From: Haliotis rubra
Lineage: Eukaryota
Assembly (NCBI RefSeq): GCF_003918875.1
Contig: NW_025767202.1
Coordinates: 2,232,001-2,296,000, forward strand
Direction: 5' to 3'
DNA length: 64,000 bases
The notes under the pieces were generated by a model. That model was given only the letters and a program-made list of their open reading frames with translations, was not told where the DNA came from and searched no databases. The translations under genes and the position numbers were made by a program. Positions 1 to 11,700 of the stretch are shown piece by piece; the first letter of the stretch is position 1, and every line of letters begins with the position of its first letter.

Positions 1-418
1 ATCAAGCAGGTAATACAATGAGCATCTTATGATCACTTTGTTTTTGATACAAAGAAATATGTAACATATATTTAATTAAGAGTACTAATGATGTCCTACC
101 TTCTCTTCTGCAAAAATGTCTTTACAATAGAAACGTGCAGTATATCTAAGTATTCCCATTATCAATCTCCGACTAATCCGTGTGTGATGAATGTTCCTTT
201 ACGTCAATGATAGCAGGTGTGCACAGATTAGAGGATAATGCAAGATTAAATGAATGGATTAGTCATGCTCTGGGATCAATACAATGGATTAGATACTTAA
301 ACATTATACACCCACAGTCTCCGAGGGTTGAAACATGGCGTTATGAGATGTACTCTTGTAACAAGTTAGAGGGTTTTGATATGCTATCTCCAAATGATCA
401 GTTTTATTCTTTACTTAA

Positions 419-1095
419 AGGTCACATGCAACCCAAAAATCAAACATAATTCAAACACAATTATCACTTATTCATGACATATAATATACATTGCTGGTTA
501 TGAAAAAACATATAAACAAAATTATAAACGTACAATCGCAAATCAAAAGTGCAATATTGTGTACTTCGGTTTACTTCCCAAGAAACGAAGCAGCCGGGAA
601 ACCGAACCCAGTCAGAGCGGGTGGGTGTGCACTCAAGTGTAACGGCTGGTTCATTTGCAGATGCTCATTGTGTGTGTTTATATAGAGATGTTGGGTTTTG
701 TAAATACATGCTCATTTTTTATGTATAACATTTTGCAATCAACAGACATCATAACATGTCATGTGTTCAAGTATCACACGTGCCTGTCTGTGTAATTACA
801 TAATGTGACAGAGGCCGAACTCGGGCCATAAATCAATGCATTTTGTTTATGGTGTATAGCCTGATTGGTGTTAAGTTCAAATTGCATGTGGTCAGTGATA
901 GCAGCTGTGTATTGAATATTGTCATTAGCTGACAGGCAGGCAGACACGTTTGAACTCCGATTTCGCGCGGTTTTTTTCATCGCGTTATTTTCCAACTTTA
1001 TAAGTTGAATTTGCATTTTTGACGATTTGTTTCTGTAAGTCCATACCGAAAGGTATCAGAATCTGCAAAGTTGTGTTTTACGTTGCATGTGACCT
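419..1095. mobile_element. Non-autonomous DNA transposon (Kolobok-like MITE)
   Basis: Perfect 14-bp terminal inverted repeat AGGTCACATGCAAC (419-432) / GTTGCATGTGACCT (1082-1095), flanked by TTAA at 415-418 and 1096-1099. A TTAA TSD with RR...YY termini matches the Kolobok superfamily. Confidence 0.7.
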
Positions 1096-1306
1096 TTAAC
1101 AACCCCGTTTTAACCTTTGATAGTGCCAGGGCCTCCAATAACATACTTCCTATACGGCGTGATGTTTCATACAAATAATATTCATGTATGTACTACATAT
1201 TATATATATTTTAGCTTTTTTACATTGTTTTAGTGTCTCTCGGTGAGCGATTGGTTGTTCAAACAAGCGAGACAAAAAAAACACTATCTGTCTGTCTGTC
1301 TGTCAC

Positions 1307-2347
1307 GGTGACCGGACAAAATCCACCTGGACAAAATCAACCCGGACAAAATCCACACCAAAATTGCCACCCCGGACAAAATCCACCTCTTCTTAACAAA
1401 AAAATGGACAAAATCCACCCTTCTCAAATTGCTATTGTTAAAAGTTTTAGTGTTTCCTGATCTTTGATCAAGTTGTTTCTGCTCAAGCATTGTTTTGATA
1501 GCATTTTCGTTTTCCTAATTGGCTGTTGTTCCTAGATGTTGTCTCAAACATTAAAAGTTTCTCCATTTGTCACATTTTGATCACTACTTAATCCTCTTTC
1601 ATGTATCATTAAGTAGTCTCACACTTTGATCATTACGTAATCCCCTTAAAGAATTAAGATGTTTTTGCAAGCCTGATTGGAGCCCTTTTACTAATGTTTT
1701 GATAGAACATACTTTTTAATGAGTTTGAGAAGAAAGAGAGCAAGTCAACAATTAGGTGGGAGTGTTCCCATCGGAAACCGCTGTCTTGCAAGGGTTCAGT
1801 GACCACAGACATGGAAGTGAAAGAGGTCAGCCCCTAAGAAAAGAACCAGAACAACCACCAAACGTCTCCACGAACGCCTTGAAGGTCTGTGCAAGACCTA
1901 CGCAGCGAAGGACGAGACGCTCGGGGACTTTCTCCACGGCGTCGGCCGTTGCTTGTTTGCGTTTTTGAAATGTGGCAAGATGTTTAGTCATAGATATATC
2001 TGAATGTGTGAAAATATATGCTGTTGTCATATTTATATATGTATTGATGCATGAATGAGTCATAAATGTGAAATGTGAAAATGTGCAATTGTCATATCTA
2101 TATATGCAAAAAATGTGCTTACAAAATGTGCTTACATATGTATTTTGGTTGTTTTTGTTATCGATTATGAATGACTGATATGAATAAAATTCATTTCTGT
2201 GACTAAACATGTCATTAATTTGTTTTTTTCTTAGGGTGGATTTTATTAGGGGTGGATTTTGTCCGGGGTGGATTTTGTCCAGGTGGATTTTGTCCTAGGT
2301 TGCAATTTTGGGGTGGATTTTGTCCGGGTGGATTTTGTCCTGGATTC
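1307..2347 (+). mobile_element. MULE/Mutator-like deletion derivative with transposase C-terminal remnant
   Basis: 9-bp TSD GTCTGTCAC (1298-1306, 2348-2356). Arrays of subterminal motif GGACAAAATCCACC at the left end and its reverse complement at the right end. Internal frameshifted reading ERGQP..KRTRTTTKRLHERLEGLCKTYAAKDETLGDFLHGVGRC (~1819-1954) resembles the MULE transposase C-terminus. Confidence 0.75.
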
Positions 2348-2970
2348 GTCTGTCACAGTCATGTGTCGACAACGTAAGCATCATCAGAATTTTTCTGAAT
2401 GAGTGTTTTTTTGTCGTTTCCGCTTATATGTGTTAACGGCGATTGTTTAATACAATAAATCGCGTGTCTTACGGATCGATTATTTATATTTTATGTACCC
2501 AAGTCCGCTAGTACCCGAGGTATAAACTGGTGAAAACATTTTGTGCTTGAAATATAATGGTTACGTCATGCTATAAGGCTATGAACAATCTATTGACACA
2601 CAAACTACACTTACAGGTCACCAATTATGGACATCCGCTATGCATTTAGTTTAATATTGTCTGCTATATATGTATACTCAGATAAGTTACTGTCTTTTTG
2701 ACTGATAGTGTCAAAGAATCGTGAGATATCTGATTTAATGAAAAGCTCATGTCAGGAGTCCGATTATAAGCATAAACATGTACCAGATCGTGATGATATC
2801 AGGTGTTCAAGAAGCTATTACTACAGGAATTGTCCGTAATGAAGACGGGCAAAAGGCAAGTCAGTTATACACGTGGCATTAAAATACATAAATATAGCCG
2901 CTTGCATTTGAACACATAACAAACTGAATAGTAAACACGTGTTGGGTATAAATCCATAAAGAAATCATGA

Positions 2971-3115
2971 GATACTGACTGACTGAGTTTGGTTTTACGC
3001 CCCTTGTAGCAATATTCCAGCAACATCACGGCGGGGGACACAAGAAATAGGCTTCACACATTGTACCCATGTGGGGATTCTAACCCGGGTCTTCGGCGTG
3101 ACGAGCCAACGCTTA
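2971..3115 (-). mobile_element. tRNA-derived SINE (family 1), 5'-truncated
   Basis: Reverse complement of the family-1 SINE body and tail. TSD AAATCATGA at 2962-2970 and 3116-3124. Confidence 0.85.
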
Positions 3116-3736
3116 AATCATGACATAGGTTCACCACCCTTATTTGTGAATATAGAATAGAGCGACACAATACAATCTGAAATGCTCTTGTCTGCCGGAA
3201 AATGGATTTGTGTTCAAATGATTTATATTATAATACATGCCAATCTCAAAGTTTGTGATTATCCAATTATACCAAACCTAGGTGTGGATAGCCGACATCA
3301 AAACTGCACTAAATGGCATGGTGTATTCATAACTAGTTGAACAATATTGCTACAACACAGAAATATAGTAACACTTATTAATAACCTCATAATATCGTTT
3401 TACTTGTAAGTAATCACATGTTTAACGTATTAATTTCAATTTCGGGTCTAAATGCCTTTTATGACCCGCAAACATTGTAAAGCGTTTCCTGGCCCCATTA
3501 CCCTAACGATTTCAGAAGTCGTTACTTAAGATCGAGCGACGCAATTCCATACTTGCAAGGCAGTAACACTACATGCGACAGATCCCTACAAGCATAAAAC
3601 TCATGTGTGATCCAAAGATTTCGAAGAGAGTCGTGCACGCCTCTACTCCAACGGCCCCGGTAAAACTTTTAGAATTATTAATGATGGACATGTAGAGGGC
3701 ACGTATAGATGTTGACTTCTGCCATTTGTTGGTTTC

Positions 3737-4820
3737 TAGTGAACTATTGGCTTGAGTTTTCTGGTGAACTATTGGTTTGAGTTTTCTGGTGAACTATTGG
3801 CTTGAGTTTTCTGGTGAACTATCGGTTTGAGTTTACTGGTGAACTATTGGTGAACTATTGGTTTGAGTTTTCTGGTGAACTATCGGTTTGAGTTTACTGG
3901 TGAACTATTGGTTTGAGTTTTCTGGTGAACTATCGGTTTGAGTTTACTGGTGAACTATTGGTTTGAGTTTACTGGTGAACTATTGGTTTGAGTTTTCTGG
4001 TGAACTATTGGTTTGAGTTTACTGGTGAACTATTGGTTTGAGTTTACTGGTGAACTATTGGTTTGGATTTACTGGTGAACTATTGGTTTGGGTTTACTGG
4101 TGAACTATTGGTTTGGGTTTTCTGGTGAACTATTGGTTTGAGTTTACTGGTGAACTATTGGTTTGAGTTTTCTGGTGAACTAATGGTTTGGGTTTTCTGG
4201 TGAACTATTGGTTTTGAGTTTACTGGTGAACTATTGGTTTGGGTTTTCTGGTGAACTATTGGTTTGGGTTTTCTGGTGAACTATTGGTTTGGGTTTACTG
4301 GTGAACTATTGGTTTGAGTTTTCTGGTGAACTATTGGTTTGGGTTTTCTGGTGAACTATTGGTTTGGGTTTACTGGTGAACTATTGGTTTGGGTTTTCTG
4401 GTGAACTATTGGTTTGGGTTTACTGGTTAACTATTGGTTTGAGTTTTTCTGGTGAACTATTGGTTTGGGTTTTCTGGTGAACTATTGGTTTGGGTTTACT
4501 GGTGAACTATTGGTTTGAGTTTTCTGGTGAACTATTGGTTTGAGTTTACTGGTGAAGTATTGGTTTGAGTTTACTGATGAACTATTGGTTTGAGTTTACT
4601 GGTGAACTATTGGTTTGGGTTTACTGATGAACTATTGGCTTGAGTTTCCTGGTGAACTATTGGTTTGAGTTTTCTGGTGAACTAATGGTTTGAGTTTTCT
4701 GGTGAACTATTGGCTTGAGTTTACTGGTGAACTATTGGTTTGGGTTTACTGATGAACTATTGGTTTGGGTTTACTGGTGAACTATTGGTTTGAGTTTTCT
4801 GGAGAACTATTGGGTTGAGT
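3737..4820. repeat. 25-bp minisatellite, about 43 copies
   Basis: Tandem unit CTGGTGAACTATTGGTTTG(A/G)GTTT(T/A). Confidence 0.95.
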
Positions 4821-4964
4821 TAAAAGTGTTCGCTCTTCACGCCAAAGACCCGGTTTCAATTCCCCACATGGGTACAATGTGTGAAGCCAATTTCTTGTGT
4901 CCCCAGCCGTGTTAATGCTGGAATATTGCTAAAAGCATCATAAACCGATACTCACTCACTCACT
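4820..4964 (+). mobile_element. tRNA-derived SINE (family 1), head missing
   Basis: TTAAAAGTGTTCGCTCTTCACGCC...CCCCACATGGGTACAATGTGTGAAGCC...GCTGGAATATTGCTAAAAGC...(CTCA)n. Confidence 0.85.
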
Positions 4965-6157
4965 ATTACGTTGTGTATATTGGAATGCGTATAGTGAAAA
5001 ATGTGTGCATGTTTAATCGTTCTGTATCGTGTTTGTCTGATGTTCTTCGCATGTATGTAATACTGTAATTGTTTGTAAATATGCCATAGCTATTGCATGC
5101 ATGTTTGGTAAAATGTGCTACGGACAGATATGTAACGCTTTATTATATTCAATGGAACATTGTCACTCAACCCTCGAGAATATCTGATGGTTGGTTCCTC
5201 ACTCACGGGTGCACAGGGATCCACGGCATTAGAAAAATTCTATGATAGGCTAGGAAAACTGTTTTTCAAAAGAGCTGGTTTACGTGAACACAGGTCTGAC
5301 ATAGTTGATATGACGTGTCACCTGGGAAGTTGAAGGTTGAAGTTCCGAAAACAGGTGGTGAATTGTCGGTAGGACAGAAGAGGGACGTTCGTGTTTCGCA
5401 AATGTTTGGCAATTCTAAAACTATAATTTCTCGACAGTGGGACAAGGAACGAAATTGTGTTGGGTTGCAAACGACACCTAGTCATGATCGTTTCGTTACA
5501 TAATTGCACTGTAAATTCAAGTCTCTTTCTGGTAATAATAACGACGTTCGCTAGAAAACTTGAAGGTGAATGTCAACATTCCCCGATAAAAATCGCCTCT
5601 ACTCAGCACGTCTGAGGGCAAGTCGTCGTGCGAAGGAAGCTTAGTATAGGCAGAAAATATTGGGGTACGACTGGACATGGATGCGCCATTGGCCTCATGC
5701 CTTGTCTGCAGATGACCGAAGGCTTGCCTCTGATTCACATATGGTAGAACATTGTGGGCAAAAAGTTTTGGCGAAGTAACGGCGAGTGGTAGGCCAGGTA
5801 AACAAGTCTTGACCTTGAAAGGCATTGGGGTGAAGTTATTGTGCATGGACATTTGACTGACTAGTGATATGTTGAAAACACTTAACGCCCTGTCGTTGTT
5901 CATTCGCTAGCAAATAAATTCTTGAGATGCAAGCTAAAAATGCCAAAACAACATCGTGCCCAGATTTTCACAGCTTATCACCAATGAGAAGGCACACGTA
6001 AATTTGACTGGCCCACTAATCCTAAGTCCCCAGAGAAGTGGACTTGTGTGTCGTCTCGGTTGAAGAGCCTGCAACAGGAGCCCAGCAATCGCCAACCTGA
6101 CAAGAGCCAGGATAGCTCTTCAGGCAGAATGATAGGAAATACCAAGGGTACTCGTGA

Positions 6158-6585
6158 GATCATTTGTTAAGTGTCACGGTGATCATGAGATCATTTGTTA
6201 AGTGTCACGGTGAGATCATTTATTAAGTGGCACGGTGTGATAATTTGTTAAGTGTCACGGTGTGATCATTTGTTAAGTGGCACGGTGTGATCATTTGTTA
6301 AGTGGCACGGTGTGATAATTTGTTAAGTGTCACGGTGTGATAATTTGTTAAGTGGCACGGTGTGATAATTTGTTAAGTGGCACGGTGTGATCATTTGTTA
6401 AGTGTCACGGTGTGATAATTTGTTAAGTGTCACGGTGTGATCATTTGTTAAGTGTCACGGTGTGATCATTTATTAAGTGTCACGGTGTGATCATTTGTCA
6501 AGTGTCACGGTGTGATCATTTGTTAAGTGGCACGGTGTGATCATTTGTTAAGTGGCACGGTGTGATCATTTGTTAAGTGGCACGG
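6158..6585. repeat. 25-bp minisatellite, about 17 copies
   Basis: Tandem unit TGTGATCATTTGTTAAGTG(G/T)CACGG. Confidence 0.95.
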
Positions 6586-8754
6586 GGGCATGCTTTGATG
6601 TTCCGCTATGTTAGTGTATCTTCCACGAACCCCACGTGACATAGCAGGTACTTCAACCGATGTCACACAGAGGAATGTTGGTCAACCCGTGTTTCACGGC
6701 ACACCTATATTGCAGGCATGTTTTACGCAGGCATGAATATGTCCGAATTGTTAAGAATACCACAGTTAGGCAATTACCGTGTCGTTAATTCTTTAATTTC
6801 ATCGAAAAACGGCAAAAGACAGAAAAATACTCATCAAAGTTATTTGAGACTGGCCTCTTACATAATTAGGTCGAGATGCAAAAATCGATGTGGGTATGTT
6901 AGAAATGTAATGCAATATGTTTGGCAATCCTCGCGGGGAACTTAAAGATTGAGATGGACGTTACGAGTTGGAGGATACCCTTAAAATAATTGAATGGGTG
7001 TTAGCCAGTCAGAATCAGGGTGAAACACCATGACAGGTTAACTTATCATAAGATGTTCCCTGTTTTTAATGGATTATCATTAATCTCGTTGTAGACAGAC
7101 CAGTAACAGGTTCGCTGTTCGAATTCCAAAGTCCGGCACAATAACAGAGTAGCAGTTATTTGGCACCGCAAGTGAAGTCCGATTCATGATTCCAGGAATG
7201 GATTAGGATTTGAGCCCAAGAATGCCAGTTGCTGATTTATAGGACTTTATGTACGCTCACACGCCCAACTCGCACCGTCCGTTTCCTATTTCAGGGAACA
7301 GGGGTAAGAGGAAGATCTGAAGAAGTGAACAGTGTGCGTGTGATCTTTCAATACAATGCGTAACGTTTGATCAGAGTAGGAGATGTATTCGTTGTTGATA
7401 CATTTAATTCATTTGTGCTTTTTATGATGAGCCTTGTTTCTTGTTAAAAATATTACATTTTTTATTAAAATTTTGCACATCTGATGTCCGTAGTTATATG
7501 TGGAATGTGAAGAGTCGCTGAGGCATTCAAACGAATCACATTGTTTTTACCAAGAAAATATATTTTGCTGAGTTATAGCACAAGTGTTTCTGACAAATCT
7601 AAAAAAGAGCAAATATTTATACAATTTGTTTAGACGTGTTTTGCTTGTGTAGAGCCATTAAAACCAGTTCAAAATAAAGCCAAGATTCTGAATGGGTCCA
7701 GAGAACACATTATACTATATGGATATAATCTAAAACGAGACCAAATAATAATTTATGCTCACAACATATCTACTGGTTAAATGGTATGTTTGTGTTCCAT
7801 GGTTGTCGGTGCGTCCATGGGTATTGATCCTCCATATTTTCCCCCACACAAGAACAGTTCAATAACAATATAAGGATGTATGCGAGTTAATGATTAGTTT
7901 ATTACAGAACAAAGGAGTCCAGCTGTTTGAATTTGCCTGAGATCCTGAAAGTAAAAATGATGCATTTCTTACACAATATATAAATTAGCGTTATACGACG
8001 CTTTAGCATCTAGATGTATCTTCGAACGGCAATAATAATGCTTTTTCTGCCGGATTTTCTGGCAATATCCTTAAGGAATTGTAAACTTATATTCTGAAAG
8101 ATATATACTCTGTAGAAGAAGAAACGCGAAAATGGTGTTAAGAATTTCATCTGTGTAAGTGTTGTGTCGTTAGATTGCCGAAATTTGTACCAAATCCATA
8201 CGACCGTTATATGAGATGGCGATCTACAACAATAACACCACTTTTGTTTCCCAAGACATTACCCGATCTAGGTAGGTCACGTGTTGACCCCTGCGTCCGC
8301 TAATGGTTCCTTAGTCTTGTAACTTTTCTTGGCGATACTGGGAACAACCTGGTTTCGGCCGAAGCCGAGTCACCTGTCTACAGTCGACGGATGAGATTGT
8401 TGCGTTGAGAAACAGTCAGATCGTGGCATGTTTCCACTTTTCACTGCACAATAGTCTGTACAATCGTGATGACAGACAGTTGAACCCCATCGTTTTCCTA
8501 GCATTACATTTCATGCTTCACGTTTATTTCATGAATTATGTATTTGACCGTTTTCTCGTTTCCCCCAATTTTCGGGATTTTCTGGCCGTACCTTGTTCTA
8601 CCGGCACGAACCACTTCCGATGACATTAGAACATTTCTACCTTTGCGTTTCTCTTTTTCAGAGTATATATTAACAGCGACATTGTAACCTGTGTTAAATG
8701 CTTGGTAACGCTAGAAGATGTTTGGAAGACTCACTGCGCCCTTGTTTGGAAGCT

Positions 8755-11700
8755 TTAACAATCTGAAACAATCACATGACATGCTCTAAGCAAAGAGTTT
8801 CCAGCTCATCTGGTAAAGATATATAATGGTTCTTTGTCGTGTTCATTGTAGTACACATGATTGCTGCGGAAACAGACAGACATGTAGGTCTCATAAGAAA
8901 CCGTGGATTTTGAAGAATGTGTCAAACTGGTCGTATTGAAGATGATCACTCCTCGTGTATGGCCAGTATATTTTAATAAAGCTCAATAATAACTATTTCT
9001 TAAACAATACTCACAATATCATTTTTCTTTGCAAAATAATGACGGGAATGTTCAGAAAAGAATTGTATCTCCACTTATCATACTGAACAGCTAAACAAAA
9101 TGAACGAATTTGTAGCACTAACAGACATTGTCTTGAGACCTCTGACATCCTAGGTACAAAAATAAACATGGATACATAGTGTGTGTAGATAGAATGTGTG
9201 TGTGTAGTTCAAGTATACATTTAATTACATGGTGACAATGGTGCGTTTGGCCTACACACTACTTTCTGATTGCTCAGGTATATGTTGTAGATCAACCTAA
9301 CTGCCACGAACACGGTCTTATATTGGATACTCCATGTGGTAACCCTTTCGGAGAGACGGTTTGTAGCAGGACATAAAAATAAACTGTCACCTTCACAGTC
9401 CGGCATGAGACACTTGGTTCTCCTCATCTCCACGGGTAGTCCGCTACAGCCGTTGTCTACGCTACAGGTGCGGCTTCTCACCTCATACAGGTAACCCGTC
9501 CCGCAGGTAACGGAACACGGTCTGGACACAGTCCAGCATGACCACTCCGACCAGCTGGCATCACATTCTGAAGCATGCAATATGTAGGTTCATACTGACA
9601 TATTCCCCCTGTTCGACACAAGTCAACGTCAGAGAACGACCACCCCCGGAATCAGATTCCACTGGGGGACAAAAGTCAAAACAGTTGTGAAACCGGCATC
9701 ACCAAGAGCCGTGGGAAAATGACCAATCCCGACTGGCACTAATCTCAGACGACTGGTACGTGATTCTTACAAGTAGGTCCTACATGAGTGATCTGTCCAA
9801 CATGAAAAGAGTATTCCTATCTAATCAAAGAGTTCACATGCACGAATAGTCACTGAGCTAACAAAATAAAATAATTGCACATAAAACAATCCAATAAGGA
9901 GAAAGTCACATTACACGATAGCACATTTATTTATTTTGATACAGGGGGCTGTGGGGTAGCCAAGCGGTTAAATCGTTCGCTCGTCACGGCGAAGATCCGG
10001 TTTCGATACCCCATATGGATACAATGTGTGAAGCCCACTTCTGGTGTCCCCACCGTGATGTTGCTGGAATATTGCTAAAAGCGGCGTAAAACCATCCTCA
10101 CTCACTCATTTGAGTCCATACGGTATGTACACATTTCTTACGATCGTAAGTAAAACAACACACACCTAGCGGCGAGAAAGGGACAGGTAAGCAACATCAT
10201 TAAACTATATCAGCTGTGAGGCTGCTACAGACATGGTGGGTTGCAGGTAGCAGGGGGTGGGTGAATGGGTTGTAAATGTAGACGGTGTGCAGGTTTCACT
10301 GGGGTTTCCTTTGTCCGTTGTTTATCGCCTCACACACCAAAACATGAGGTCAGTCTTTAAATAACTATCTCTGCACCAAGCAATCAAATGATTGAGATTA
10401 TGGAATTAATCAGATTTTGATACGATGACATGTGATAACCAAGTCAGCAAAACTGACAACCCAATCTTGTTAGTCGCCTCTCGCGTTTTGTTTGTTTGTT
10501 TGTTTGTTGTTTAAAGCCGCAATCAGTAATAATCCCGCTATCTGGATGTGGTCTGTATAACCCCGAGTCGGAACCAGACAATCCAGTGATCAACGGCATG
10601 AGCATCAGTATACGCAGTTGGGATATGATGGTATGTGTCAATCAAGTCAGCGAGCATGACCGCCCGTTGGTCACCTCATACGACAAGCATGCGTTACTGA
10701 AGACCAACTCTAACTTTCATGCGATGGTTTCAGTAAGTACATTGAAAACATTCAACAATGGGTTGTCGATATATGGTGATTCGTTCAGGTAACAGAGATG
10801 AAGAATATACCGTTACCTAGAACTGCATGAGTGAAGCGACTATGTTACCACTAAAGAGTTGGTGCTTTCAGCTGTAGTCGACCCGTGAAGGTCCGGGTTA
10901 GAATGAGCCTTCAGTAACCCATGCTTGTCGTAAGAGGCGACTAACGGGATCGAGTGGTCAGGCTCGCTGACTTGGTTGACACATGTCATCGGTTCCCAAT
11001 TTCGCAGATCGATGCTCATGCTGTTGATCACTGGAATGTCTGGTCCAGACTCGATTATTTACAGGCCGCCGTCATATAGCTGGAATATTGTTGAGTGCGG
11101 CGTAAAACTAAACTCACTCACTCACTCTGCTGTGGTCATTGGAATTATCAAAGGTCACTAGTAAGGGAATAATGCTACCTGGAGCTTCGGTTGTTGTAGT
11201 GACTGTCAGTAACTCCGTTGTTGTTGACGGTACCTCCGTTGTTGTCGTCGTTGATGGTACCTCCGCTGTTGTTGTCGTTGTCGTTGATGCTACTTCCGTT
11301 GTTGTTGTCGTTGATGGTACTTCCGTTGTTGTCGTTGTCGTTGTCGTCGTTGTCGTTGCCTCCGTTGTTGTCGTCGTTGTAGTTGCCTCCGTTGTTGTTG
11401 TCGTTGCCTCCGTTGTTGTTGTCGTTGTCGGTACTTCCGTCGTGGTTGTCGTTGTCGGTTCCAACGTCGTTGTAGTAGTGCAGTCTGTCGGACATGCCAC
11501 GGTTCTGTTATCAGATGTGATGCAGTTTACTCTGAAGACATCGCTGAAGTCACTACACGTCCTTGTCCGTGTGTCTGTTTGGAAACGGCTGTCACAGGGC
11601 CCGCCGCACGTACCCTCCACCCAGGCGGACCACGGATTCGGAACTGCAACATGGGAATTACTATAGAACTTAATACCGTTTTAATACTAGTATTGGAATG

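Noticed and set aside
11139-11666. Poly-Val plus-strand ORF and Asn/Asp-rich ORF
   Set aside because: Shadow frames of the Thr-rich exon on the minus strand.
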